Positions 36,022 through 49,287 of a stretch of DNA of 64,000 nt are shown here, in pieces. A model generated the notes under the pieces. It was not told the DNA's origin and searched no databases. It worked only from the letters and a program-made list of their open reading frames with translations. The DNA lies in NCBI RefSeq assembly GCF_004010195.1, contig NC_057755.1, forward strand, positions 6,059,474 to 6,123,473. Reading direction: 5' to 3'. Within the stretch, counting starts at the first letter, position 1, and every line of letters begins with the position of its first letter. Both the position numbers and the translations under genes were made by a program. Origin of the DNA: Chiloscyllium plagiosum (Eukaryota).

Positions 36022-38436
36022 GTTTGATTTCAGAATGTGTTAAGTGCATGCAAGACAATTTTCTGATTGAGTATGTAGATGTACCCACGAGAGGAAACTC
36101 TAAACTTGACTTATTCTTGGGAAATATGGCAGAGCAGGTGATTAAGGTGTCAGTGGGGAAGCACTTTGGGGCCAGCGACCATACTTCTATAAGATTTAAA
36201 ATAATGATGGAAAAGGCCAGAGCAAATCTAAACGCTGAAGTTCTAAATTGGAGAAAGGTCAATTTTGACGGTATTAGGTAAGAACTTTCAAAAGCTGATT
36301 GGGGGCTGATGTTCGCAGGTAAAGGGATGGCAGGCAAATGCGAAGCCTTCAGATATGAGATAACGAGAATCAACAGAAAGTATGCACCTGTGAGGGTGAA
36401 AAGAAATGCTGGTAGGTATGGGGAATGTTGGATGACTAAAGAAATTGAGGGTTTGGTTAAGAAAAAGAAGGAAGCAAATGTAAGGTATAGACAGGATAGA
36501 TCGAGGGAATCCTTAGAAGTGTACAAAGGAAGTAGGAATATATATAACAGGGAAATCAGAAGGGCAAAAAGGGAACATGAGATAGTTTTTGCAAATAGAA
36601 TTTATAAGAATCCAAAGAGTTTTTACAAATACATTAAGGACAAAAGAGTAACTCGGGAGAGAACAGGGCCTCACAGAGAGCAGTAAGGCGGCCTTCATGT
36701 GGAGCCACAGAAAATGGGGAGATACTAAATGAGTATTTTGCATGAATATATACTGTGGAAAAGGATACGGAAGATAGAGACTGTAGGGAAGTAGATGGTG
36801 ACATCGTGCAAAATGCCCATATTACAAAGCAGGAAGTGCTGAATGTCTTGAAATGCAAAAAAGTGGATAAAACCCCATGACCTGATCAGGTGTAACCTAG
36901 ATCTCTGTGGGAAGCTAGAGAAGTGATTGCTGGGCCCCTTGCTGAGATATTTGTATCATGGGTAGTCGCAGGTAAGGTACAGGAAGACCGGAGGTTGGCA
37001 AAAATGGTGCCACTGTTTAAAAGGATGGTAAGGAGAAGCCAGGGAACTATAGACCAGTGAGCCTGACGTCGGTGGTGTGCAAGTTGTTGGAGGGAATCCT
37101 GAGGGACAGGGTGTACATGTATTTGGCAAGGCAAGGACTGATTAGGGATAGTCAACATGGTTTTATGCCTGTTAAATCATGCCTCACAAACTCGATTGAA
37201 TTTTTTGAGGAAGTAACAAAGAGGGTTGATGAGGGCAGAGCGTCACCTACATAGACTTCATTAAGGCGTTCGACATGGTTCCCCATGGGAGACTAATTAG
37301 CAAGGTGAGATCTCACGGAACACAGGGAGAACTAGCCATTTGGATACAGAGCAGGTTCAAAAGTAGAAGACAGAAGGTGGTGGTGGAGTTTTGTTTTGCA
37401 GACTGAACGCTTGTAAGCAGTGGAGTGTGCCAAGGATCCGTGCTGAGTCCTCTACTTTTTGTCTGTTACATAAATAATTTGGATTCGAGCATAAGAGGTA
37501 CAGTTAGTAAGTTTGCTGATGACATCGAAATTGGAGGTGTAGTGAACAGCGAAGAGGGCTAACTCAGATTAAAAAAAGGATCTGGACCAGATGGGGCACT
37601 GGGCTGAGAAACGGCAGATGGAGTTTAATTCAGATAATTGCGAGGTGCTGCATTTTGGGAAAGCAAGTCTTAGCAGGACTTATACACTTAATGGTAAGGT
37701 ATGAGGGAGTGTTGCTGAACAAAGAGACTTTGGAGAGCAGGTTCATAGCTCATTGAAAGTGGAGTCGCTGCTATATAGGATAGTGAAGAAGACATTTGGT
37801 ATGCTTTCGTTTATTGGTCAGAGTATTGAGTAGAGGAGCTGGAGGTCATGTTGCGGCTGGACAGTACGTTGTTTCTGCCACTGTTGGAATATTGCGTGCA
37901 ATTCTGGTCTCCTTCCTATCAGAAAGTTGTTGTGAAACTTGAAAGGATTCAGAAAAGATTTACAAGGATGTTGGCAGGTTTGGAGAATTTGAGCTGTACG
38001 GAGAGGCTGAACAGGCTCTGGCTGTTTTCACTGGAGCGTCGGAGGCTGAGAGGTGACCTTATAGAGGTTCACAAAATTATGAGGGGCATGAATAGGATAA
38101 ATAGGCAAAGACTTTTCCGTGCTGTCGGGGAAATCCAGAACCAGAGGGCTTAGTTTTAGGGTGAGGGGGAAAGATATAAAAGAGACTTATTTGGCAACTT
38201 TTTCACACAGAGAGTGGTAAGGGTATGGAATAAGCTGACAGAGGAAGTGATGGAGGCTGGTACAATTGCAACAGTTAAGAGGCATTTGGTTGGGTATATG
38301 AATAGGAAGGGTTTGGAGGAATATGGGCCAGGTGCTGGCAGGTGGGAGTAGATTGGGTGGGGATATCTGGTCGGCATGGACGGGTTGGACCGAAGTATCT
38401 GTTTCCATGCTGTACATCTCTGTGACTCATTGACTC
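36022..38436 (+). mobile_element. CR1 LINE (APE end + RT), 5'-truncated, inserted in Gypsy pol
   Basis: CVKCMQDNFLIEYVDVPTRG..LDL, SLTSVVCKLLE, QHGF and LEYCVQFWSP motifs, ending in a ctctgtgactcattgactc tail. Confidence 0.9.
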
Positions 38437-41400
38437 TCGATGCTGCGTGTGGCGCATGAGATACCACATGGAGGTCATTTAGGGATGAGGAGAACACAGG
38501 CTAAAATACATAGACATTTTTTACTGACCTGTGCTACACGAGGGTTTTTGCCAGTAGTTGAATTTTGCCAGCCATGTCATACATGACAGCTAATCGGAAA
38601 ACCACAGGCAATAATAAATTCTGCACCTTTAATACCAATTCAAGCATTTAAGGAATCTTTCATAAGTGTTTTTATTTATTGAGTAGGTGTCCTATCACCT
38701 CAAAGAAGGAGTGTGAATAATTATCTATTAGCAATAATACATGTGTCGACTCGATGTCCAGAGGTAATCCCATTTCACAACATCACAGCTAAAGGGGTTG
38801 TAGAAGACTTACTTACTTTTTTCACTAAATACGAACTGCCACGAGAGATCTAATCAGATCAAGGATCAAACTTCACATCCAAGCTATTCACGGAGATTAT
38901 GGATAACTTGAGAATAATCGATTCAATTCTACTGAGTGCCATTCAGAATCGCAGGCGACACTGGAGAAATATCATCAAAAATAAAAGAGCATGTTTTGAG
39001 CTTATGTTCAGGGTTATCCAGGTGTTTGGATAAGGGTACTTCGCTTGCATTTATTGTGATAAGAGAGGCACCAAATTAATTGCTCAAATTCAGTCCATTT
39101 GAATTAATTTTTGGTCGTCAAGTAGGAGAACAGTTAAAGTTGATGAAGGAGAAATTAATAAATCAGAATGCAGAGACCTCTTGTTTGGTCTATGTGCCAA
39201 ATTTGAATGAATGACTAAACATAACTGGGGAGTTGGCTGGAGAACATTTAAAAGTATCACAGAATACAAGGAAAAATGAAGTGGATAAGAAATCTCAAAT
39301 TCACCACTTTGCAATTGCGGATTGTTGTTACTCCCAATAACAGGTGAGCCTTTAAAAGCCAGATTCAATGGACTTTATCAAATCGAAATGACATTGTGTG
39401 ACGTGAGCTACTTGACAGGGATTCCAGACAGGAAGAAATCTCACAGAGTGTGTCAATTGAATATGCTGTAATGGCATTTTGATCGGGAAGGAAAGCAAGA
39501 GGAAAACAGTGTTAATGATTATAGCACAGAAGGAAGAACCCAGTTCAGAGCAGTCTGAATTGGACGTTTCTCGAATCAAATTGGACAATGATGAAGTTGT
39601 CAAAAATTGGGATAAATTATTAAATTACTTTCCAGAAGAAAAGGAAAATGACCTGAAATAGTTTTTACTATCATTTGGGGAGATCTTCAGAAATAAACTA
39701 GAAAGTACGAACTTAATTGTGCCTGAGTTAAAGACATGAGATGTTGTTCCGATTAGGCCACATCCTTATACGCATAACCATCTGAAGTTGGCACAGGTTC
39801 AGAAGAAGATAGAGTGCATGCTCAAAAAATAGCATTATCAAAGTGAGTTACAGTGACTGGAGCGCAATAATAGTCATGGTGCCAAAGCCAGATCGTACCC
39901 AATGGATATGTGTGTATTATCACAAACTCAAAGCCGTTACAACGACATGTGCAATTAAATGATTGGAGGATTGTGTCGAGAAAGTGGGACATGCAACTTA
40001 CATTTCTAAGTTGGACTTGATCAGAGGCTGCTGGGAAGAACCTCTGTCAGAGAGAGCAAAGGCAATTTCGGCTTTCCTAACGCCAAATATGCGATGTTAG
40101 TTCAAGGATGCACCATTTGTTATGAAAAACGGTCCATCCATATTTCAGAGACTGACTAATAAGGTCATTACTGGATTACCCAACCTTTTGGTTTATTTTG
40201 ATGACCTGGTGATTTTTAGTCACTCATGGAAGGTACATTCACAGTATTTATTGGACATGATCAATCGGCTTTGGAAGGTAGGCTTGCTGGTAAACCTAGC
40301 TAAAAGTGAGTTCGCTGAATCCCGAGTCACCTTATGGGCCATGTTTTTGGAAATGGGCAAATGTCTCCACGGGATGCAATAACGAAAGTAATATGGGAAT
40401 TTTCCAAAACCGTTGACTAAAAAAGCCGTAGTATGGTTCCTGGGTTTGAGTGGATTTTACCAAAAATTTCTCCCGAACTTTAGCAGGGTGGCTGCTCCAC
40501 ATAGCGAATCGATAAGAAAGGGCAAGAAGTTTCAGTGGACAGCGACTTATCAAAAGGCATTTGGCAGCCTAAGCTGCGTTAACCACTGCCCAATTATTAG
40601 CCACACCAGATTACATGATGCTTTTCAAGGTGACTATCGATGCCAGTGATGTGGGTGTCAGTGTGGTGCCCCTGCAGGAGGTTTAACGAGGGAATCTGAA
40701 AGACCCAACGAGTATTTTCACCGGAAGTTGAACGTTCATCAACAGAAATATTCAACGGTGAAGAAGACTTCAAGCTTGGTGTTGGCATTGCAGTGTTTGA
40801 GTGTTTATAAAACCAGCATTGCATCTGAGACGATTGTATACACTGTTCAGAACCCATTGACATTTGTGAAAACATTTAAGGACAAAAATGCCACAAAGTT
40901 TCAATGGAGCTTGTTGTTTCAGCCATTAAATTTGACATGTTGTGCATGTTGCAGGTAGCGAGAATGTGATTGTTGATGCGTTATCAAAGCTCAAAAGAGA
41001 TGCGGAGATGTACGGTGGTGAGTGTCCCACAGTCTGAATTTACACGTGTTTGTGCATGTTTGCATGTTTATAGTTAGTATAATGTATGAGTGTTTCGACT
41101 ACTAACCAGGGTTTTGGGAGGTCAGTTGTCTAAAGGAGGTTAAAAATGAAGCCATCTTTTGGTATTGATTTTTTTTTAAGGGGGAGGTGTCACAAAGCTG
41201 GTTTGTTTGTTTTTTCTCAAAGCTGTTCCTTTTCTCAATGATACTATGCCCTTTTTTTTCCAGAGGAGCGTTAAACGTTCCCTGTGCCGATTAAACTGGC
41301 TTTGTACAGAGATTAAATATTATTGAGAGGTCTTTTTTGTTTATTTGTAAACAGATGAGACTTCAGGCCAAAGTGTTTAGTTTTAGAGGAGAACGCTATA

Positions 41401-42020
41401 ATGAAAGGGGAGTGGTCAGTTCTCCAGCTGAGCAGTTTAGTCCGGAACTAGTTGGGAGTTCAACAGTGACTGTTTTAAGGGGGTTTGCTTATGGGGACAG
41501 TTGTGCATATTCGGAAGAGCATGAGTAAGTCTGGTTTGGATAGACTGACTTCTGTTGGATTCATTTATTCTGTCCTTTGTGTTTCATTGTGTAATTTTGT
41601 GAATAAATGTCTGTCTGCTTTAAAAATTAGAATTCAACCTAGCTATCTTACTCCAGGTAATTCTCACGTACACTTTCCGAAACAAATTGTAAAATTATTA
41701 TCTCGATTGCCTGCTGAAGCATGTTTTGTGTGGTCTGCCCAAGTCCACAACAGTTGGAATATTCGGAGTATGTAGAATACTATGATGATGCAACCAGGGA
41801 ACTATCTCAATTATAAAGTGGTAGCAATCGAGGAGATGTATCCTTCGATTCAGAGGCAAGAATGTCTAGTTAGATAGGCATTCTTAGTTCTCTTCTAGGC
41901 CTTCTGAAAAACATTGGCAGTTTCGGTAAACTGGCAAAGTTTACAAGATACAGTCTCGTTAAAGTCAACTAGATAGATTCAGGTTAACTGTGAAATTGTG
42001 AAGGTAAAATCGATTTTAAA

Positions 42021-42852
42021 GCACAAAGAACAAAGAAAATTTGCAGCCCAGTAACAAGCCGTTCGGCCGTTCAAGCCTTAGCCAATCCAAATGTACCCTC
42101 TAAACCTGTCGGTCAATTCCTAAGCATCTGTATCCCTCTGCTCCCCACCTACTCGTGTATTTATCTAGACGCATCATAAATGAATCTACTGTGCCTGCCT
42201 CTACCACCTCTGCAGGCAACGGGTTCCAAACTGGCAGCACCCTCTGTGTGAGCTACTTGCCGCGTGTATCCCCCTTAAACTTTCAACCTCTCACCTTGAA
42301 AGCGTGACTTTTCGTTATTCAATCATTCACCCTGGGAAAAAAGCGTATCTCTATCCACCCTGTCTATACCCTTCATGATTTTATAAACCTCAATCAGATC
42401 CCCCCTCAATCTCCGCTTTTCTAATGAAAATAAACCTAACGTACTCAACCTTTCTTCATAGCTAGCACCTTTCATACCAGGCAACATCCTCGTAAACCTT
42501 CCATACACATTCACCAAAGTGTCCACATCCTTTTGGTAATGTGGTGACCAGAACTGTACACAGTACTCTAAATGCGGCCGAACGAATGTCTTGTACAATT
42601 TTAACATGACTTGCCAGCTCTTATGCTCAACACTCCGTCCAATGAAGGCAAGCATACTATATGACTTCTTGACCACTCTATCCACCTGTGCAGCAAACCT
42701 TCAGGGTATAATCACCTGCACTCCCAAATCTCTCTGCCCATCAACTTTTCCCAAGGCTCTTCCGTTCATTATATAATTCGCTCCAGGATTGATCTTGCTT
42801 AGCTGCATCCCCTCACACTTGTAATTAGTCTTACCTAATGCATCACCTCACA
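42021..42852 (-). mobile_element. CR1 LINE 3' fragment
   Basis: ORF 42323-42685 reads RPHLEYCVQFWSPHYQKD...RRLRGDLIEVYKIMKG; acaaagaacaaagaa tail. Confidence 0.9.
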
Positions 42853-43299
42853 TATGTGTCAATAGTTTGGCAAAACAGTAGAACACAGAACATACACCAT
42901 AGACAAATACAACACAGTTCAAACCGTTTGGCAATCGATGGTGTACCGGTCATCTGTTCTACATGATTCATGAACACAGTATCCAGCTGAAGGGTGACCG
43001 GAATTTAAAGTTTCAGAAAGTAAACTCAAGAAATATCGAGCAGTGTTTCAGTTAATAAAAGGTAATGCTCGCACAACCGAAATGCGGTTTCTAAATTTTC
43101 GAAACAAGACTTTTGAAACAGTTTAAAACTGAGTTGCGAAATAAGAAATGCAAATTGCTGCCTCTGGGAGTGATGTGCCGGCCCATTCATAGTAACAAAG
43201 CATAGGTACAAAGTCAGCAATAACTGGAACATATCACAAAGGTGCAGCAAGCATCATAAAATTTAACACATCTACGACTGGATTAATAAGGTGAGAAAA

Positions 43300-44475
43300 G
43301 TTGGCCAAAACAAACGTTTATGGAATGTTGTCGTAAGGGACTCTGAGAAAGACATCTTCAGGAAAATTACAGGGACAACTACTCATTTGGACACAGAACT
43401 GACTTGAATGTAGTAGACCGAGGGTGGTGCTGAAGGGTTGTCTTTCAGACTGCAGGTCAGTGACAAATGGTGTGTCATGAGGGTCGGTGCTGGTTCCACT
43501 GGGTTTTGTCATTTATACAAATAGTTTGTACATGAACATTGGAGATATGGATAGTAAGTTTGCAGAAGACGCCAAATTAGAGGTGTACTGGGCAGAGACG
43601 AAGGTTGTCTCAGGGAACATTGGAATCTTGATCAGATGAGCCCATGGGCCGAGGTGTGGCAGATGAACTTTAATATAGATAAATGTGAGGTGCTGCAGTT
43701 TGGTAAGGCAAATCAGGGCACGACATATGCACTTAATGGTAAGGTCCTCGGGAATGTTGCTTAACAAACAGACCATGGCGTGTAGGTTCATAGACCTTGA
43801 CATTTGATTCACAGGTCAATTGAATAGTGAAGAATGCATTTGGTGTGATTCCTTTTGTGATCAGTGCATCGAGTAAAAGAGTTGGGATAAAATGTTGCGA
43901 TTGTACAGTACATTGATTAGGCCTCTTTTTGGAATACTGTGTCAATTCTGTTGTCTGTTCAAAGGAAAAATGTTGTGGATCCTGAAAGGGTTAAGAAAAA
44001 ACTAACAAGGATTTGGCTAGGGTAGGAGGGTTTGATCCATAGGGAGTGGCTGAATAGGCTGGGGGAATTTTCCGTGTACTGTTAGAGAATGAGGAGTGGC
44101 CTGACAGAAATTTATAAAATTACGGACGGCATGGATAGGGTAAATAGGCGAGCTCATTTTCCAGGCGTGGGGAGTCTGGAATGTGAGGGCAGAAATTTAG
44201 GGTGAGATGAGAAAGATGTAAACGGGACATAAGGGCAACTTTTTTCACACAGAGGGTGGTGCGTATATGGAATTAACTACCAGGGGATATGGTAGAGGTG
44301 CGTAAAAGTACAGCACTTAAAAGCTATCTGAATTTAATATGAACAGGAAGGACGAAGATGGATATGGGCCAAGTGCTGGCAAATGGGACTAGATTCGGTT
44401 CGGACGTCTGGTCAGCATGGACGAGTTGGAGTGAAGGGTCTGATTCCGTGCTGTACATCTCTAAGGCTCCATGAG
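43300..44475 (+). mobile_element. CR1 LINE 3' fragment
   Basis: Degenerate RT C-terminal half (SKFAEDAKL, DKCEVLQFG) and 3' UTR. Confidence 0.8.
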
Positions 44476-45087
44476 TTTAAACAGACTGCTTGCTTAAACC
44501 AAACCAAACAAAACAAAAAGAAAACGCTGAACGTAGAGAACTGTCCTCTCCACCGTCATTATACAAGTGCATAAAAGAAGGACTAATCGCATTTTCAAGT
44601 AGAATTTCCGGAAGTTTTGCAACCTCTTCCTTTACAACCCCTCCCAAACAAAAGACGACCAAACTAACCTTGTTAAAAGGAGCATCATCGTCGCACAATA
44701 CAAACAAGAATTTCAATGTTTACGCTTGAACTTTGTTTTGTTACTTGTTTACTCTGTATAGAAGATCTTGTGCATCCATACCTTTGTAGCTAAGATGACA
44801 TCAGGAATGGCGACATTGTACAATTTTACCCTTTCGTCATGTACTTCTGCACTTGAATATACACGATAACAAAATAATTAATTCTCAGGAATTAGTGATT
44901 TTTATTCTTCAAATTAGATTCTACTGCATAATAATACTAAAAGGAAATTGGTTCATTTGATCACTGCAACTAATCAACTGGATTTGTATTCTCACCAGAA
45001 CTATAGCTTCTAAATAATAAGTACTTGTGATGACAATATTGTTGTATTTGGGCGGACAGAATCATTGCCTCCCTAGGAGCAGCCAGA

Positions 45088-47068
45088 TGTGCCTGAGACA
45101 GAATGAAACACTCAACAATCTTTCAAGTAGTGTGAATGTACTAGCCAATACTTGCGCTGTTGGCATTATTGGTAAGTCCTTGAGTCCAGTTATACTTGTG
45201 CAAAACGTTTTTTTAAAACTCTACACCATCATTCTTTGTGGAAATTTGACATGGTTTCAATGTCTTTGGTTATTTTCAAACTTTGCGTTTCTCGTTGTTT
45301 CACCAGTAGTTGATTTTTACTATTGTTCCCTTCCGTCTGCTGAAGCAGGTTGAATTATGAATGCTTTACACATAATTTAGTTCGAATACAGAACAGGCTG
45401 AGTCAGCATTTATTCTCCATGTGGAGCTTCACTTCAGAAGGCGGTGGATAGATGCCTTCTTAAACCACTGCAGACCAATTGGTCTAAGAGCATTACGAAG
45501 CACAGAAACAGAACCTTCGGTCTAACTCGTCCATGCCTTACACGTTTCCTGAATTGAACTTCTCTCTTTTTTTGCCTGTGTCCTGCTACAAACATTCTCT
45601 CCATGTAACTGTAAAAATGTCTTTTAAATGAACCAGCAAAACTGAAGGATCAGCGATGTGTTTCCAACCTACGAAGGTGAGTGGCTTGAAGGGTATTTGA
45701 ATTTTTCACCACATCTACTGTAATTGAGTTAATATATTAATCTGAGGCAATTGTTGCGAGTTAGCAGGCATGCATTGTGGCTCAATGATAAGCACTGCTG
45801 CCTCACAATGTAAGGTACCTGTCTTCAATTGCACCATCAGGTGACTGTCGGTGTGGAGTTTGCACATTTTATCCATGTGCGCGTGAATAGTGAATTGGTC
45901 ATACAAAATGTCCCATAGTGTTCAGGTATGTGTACGTAAGCTGCATTATTCAGGGAAAATGCAAAGTGACAGGATAGGGGAATGGGTTTGGTTTGAATAC
46001 TGTTTGGAGTGTCAATGTGTATGTGTTGGGCCAATTGGCCTGTTTCTACACTGTACATGTTCTATGTTAAGCTAATGTTTTTGCTGTGACTCTGATCACG
46101 AAGAGGACTCTCTTTCTTTATTTTTTGTCCAGTTAACTCCATGGCAATTGTGATCCTAATTCGAGGCAAGTGTGGAATTATGGGCTCTCTAAATGCGTTA
46201 CTCGGTATTTGTTGGCAACGACTTTTGCACATCGAGTTCTCTTCATCCTTAATATCTTACTGGACCGAGTTAACGTTCTGCATTTCCCGGTTAATTTCTT
46301 AACCATCACATCTTTGTTTGCCTTGAGAACTGTTGTGTTTCTTGCAGATCTATATGGGTCAGTTTCGTTCACAGTTGACTTCACATTTGGTCTGTTTGTA
46401 CTGATATGTTGCCAGAAACCACGAGCAAGATATTGTCACGATGAAACTATTTTTGTCGTTATAACAACTCCGGATGCCGTAGGCTGTTGTGATGAAGTAC
46501 TTCGTATTTTGTATTTTTCCCTGCGATTATTTTTGACAACGTACCGTCGGTTTTACATGATATTACCGGACTTTTATACATCATTATTTTGGAAAATGTG
46601 TGTATGGATAGACACCACATTTATACCGTTTCTTCCAATTATATTGATTTTGGTATTCAATGCTCTGCCTCTTAGGCACGTAATAGAAGCCAACCACATC
46701 CGCTCTCGCCTCCAGAGCCATGGAAATGGAGGGAATATACTGATCCAGAGGTGGCAAACTGGAGAAAATCCATCATCTTGCTCTTTGCATTGTCTGATCA
46801 TTTTATATTCCTCTGGATGACACATTTCATACGCCAATTCAGCTTTCAAAAAATAAGTTATAAGTATGATGTCAAGATTTTAAATGCTCCAACACTTGTC
46901 TGGCAAGAAATTGGATTCCTGCTACGTTTTCTGAATTCGTGCAACAGTATCTGCATTTATGCTCTTACACAGACTAAATTCAGAGAAGAGTTAATCACTG
47001 GAATAAAATATCCATTTACTCGGCTTGTTAAGATATGCAATCAGAATGCACGTCTGACGTCTCTTTGA
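45088..47068 (+). pseudogene. GPR139-like GPCR pseudogene, copy E (exon 1 ends 45171; exon 2 46133-47068)
   Basis: Exon 1 remnant Y*PILA/AVGII with a GTAAGT donor at 45172. After a tttgtccag acceptor come VNSMAIVILIRGKCG (frameshift) LSKCVTRYLLA, PFLPIILILVFNAL, RKSIILLFALS and NSCNSICIYALTQTKFREEL. The DRF motif is lost. The start position is approximate. Confidence 0.85.
45765..46070 (+). mobile_element. HE1/V-SINE-like SINE in the GPCR intron
   Basis: gtggctcaatgataagcactgctgcctcaca...gtgtggagtttgcacatt...ggcctgtttctacactgta. Confidence 0.75.
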
Positions 47069-48493
47069 AAATATATTTTCAGACATAAGTAGGATCTCTA
47101 CTTTGAAACGGCTTGAAGAACTTCCCCTGGCTGCATTAAATGAGAAGAATTCTATCTCCTACTAATTGGAAAGTAGCCACTTCGCCACTCAAATAGGACA
47201 ACATCCATTGTGCAAACAAAAAAACAGAGTTAGAACAATATTTCATGGGTGTCTGTCAAGGATGTTGCTGGTCAAAAGGCTGAGTCTTTGCTTTTGTGTT
47301 TCATGTTGAGACGTTTTGCAATTCCTGATGTATTTCAAGCTTTCGATTTTCTTATGAATAAGGTTATGTTATTGTGTTGAAAGGTCAGTGGCAGCCTCAT
47401 GTGAATATATTCTGTGGCTAACTACCACAGTGTGTCTTGAAAGAAAAGTCTGAAAATCTTCAAAACTGCTTTAAAACTGAGATCTGATTTCACCGGTATT
47501 ATTAGCAGCTGGCACCACCACATATGACTCTTTATTGTTATTTTCTTCTGTTTAATTCTGGCAAATTATGTACATCGTACAGTGGATGGTCACTGATCTC
47601 ACGTGATTTGAACAGATCCCTGAACATTGAGACTCAACACCAATATTCATTGTGAAAGAAATACTGAGCACGAGCACTATTTCTGAAGAAAATTCTTGAC
47701 CACTGAGATGCATTATGAAGGAAATCCTGAACCGGCCATCATGTGTTGAAGTAGAAGTATACAAAATGCATGATCTCCTTTGCTCAGTGGTTTAGTGCAT
47801 GATAAACGCATTGACTTACTCCCCACCGGTTATTAACTGAACCATTTGATAATTGGAACAGAAGGAATTTTCAAGTCACTGTCTCAAGTATTTCCTCTAT
47901 AGAAAAGTATGTGTGAAATTAGGTGACTCCGTGAAACATTGAGTAGGTGGTTATTAGACAACCAATAATAAAAAAAGAGGCCACATGGCCCATCAAAAGT
48001 GATCCACAGTTCAATAAGATCATGTCTGGTCTAACAATCTTCAACTTCACCTTCGTGCCAAGTCCCTGTAATGTTTGATTCCCCCACTGATCAAGAATCA
48101 GTCTCTCTCAGCCTTAAATATGCACAACGATTCTACCACCACCCCCCTCCCCACACAAACACAGCTGAGACATGAAGTTCCATAACTCATAAGCCGCTGA
48201 GGGAAGAAATTCCTACTCATCTCAATCTGAAATTGACACCCATTAATCCACTTGCCTGCATCAAGCAGCCCACTTGATTTCCACTGCATCTACAAACTTG
48301 CAGCTCCTCCTCCACCAACGGTCAGTTGCAGTTGTGTGTACCAGAGAGAAGATGCACTGAAAAAAAAGACATTTATCCTTCGGCAGCACCTTGCAAAACC
48401 ACAACCAATTTCATCCCAGACAACACATAAATGGGATCGCAATCCCCTTCAATGTTCCCTCCAATTCACTCACACGATCGAGCCCTCCAATTC

Positions 48494-48528
48494 CACCTGA
48501 TGAAGGAGCGTCGCTCAGAAAGCTAGTG
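48494..48528 (+). ncRNA. Minimal type I hammerhead ribozyme motif, second family
   Basis: cac-CTGATGA-ag-GAGC-gtc-GCTC-a-GAAA-gc-TA-gtg, with stem I cac/gtg and stem II gagc/gctc. It is followed by a repeat tail (aaacctgttggacta...) that also appears, degenerate, at about 18770-18850. Confidence 0.7.
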
Positions 48529-49287
48529 TGTTTCCAATTAAACCTGTTGGACTACTACCTGGTGTTGTGCGATTTTTAACTTTGTACACGCCAGTCCAAC
48601 ACCGGCATCTCCAAATCAAGTATAGGTAGAAAACGACACAGATGCACAGAAACTGAATGAGACGGGAACAGAAAGAGTTAAACAGAATGCAATACTGACA
48701 AACACAAATAGGAAAAGATAAGGAGAGGAAATGTTTGACCATTTACAACTCAACAACTGGCTGCAACAGAGAAATGTATATATCCCAGTTTTGTTTCAAT
48801 GCTGGTTATCATTTGAACAAACAAAGCAACACCATTAATGTTGGCATAATACAACACTCACATTCTTGTTGCTAATTAACGTAATCACAAATGTCATTTG
48901 GAGTCTCAGTCCTAAATATATCTTTCTTTCCCCAAGAACTGGATTAATTCATTTGTCTATTACAACAAATTACAAAGTGATGATGATTTAACTTCCTTTT
49001 TAAAAATTAGACGTGTCAGTTCAGCGTATATTACAGAGAGGCTGATCAAAGCCCAAAGTAGCTCCGGAAAATGCAATGAAGATGTTCGAAACATTTAACA
49101 ATGTCAGGAAATTTTACTACATGATTACGGCCAGCATTGGTGTTCCGGTTAAGTGAAAACTTTTTTTTTGTTATTTTTGAGTGGACATTAGACTGAAACC
49201 TGTGACTGATCATGCTACATGAACATCTTCTGATCACATAATCGTAACAATGTATTTTTCCATCAACAAACTGCATTATCTCCAGTT

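Larger units (their letters stand above)
32840..41752 (+). mobile_element. Gypsy/Ty3 LTR retrotransposon, Gmr1-like (gag-PR-IN-RT-RH), degenerate
   Basis: 5' LTR about 32840-33460 ending ...taaca, then PBS tgggggctc (tRNA-Pro). gag MPLSVTKSFLEV...LQELADQL. Protease IL(R)DTGS near 35240. Integrase AHEIPHGGHLG and LPREI*SDQGSNFTSKLF at 38440-39000. RT VMVPKPD, SKLDL and YFDD at 39850-40210. RNase H IDASDVG and ENVIVDALS. PPT aagggggagg, then 3' LTR 41188-41752 (tgt...aca). Confidence 0.9.

Noticed and set aside
46170..46820. 216-aa ORF as a functional GPCR
   Set aside because: It is frameshifted at both ends, the DRF motif is lost and exon 1 has a stop, so it is a pseudogene.
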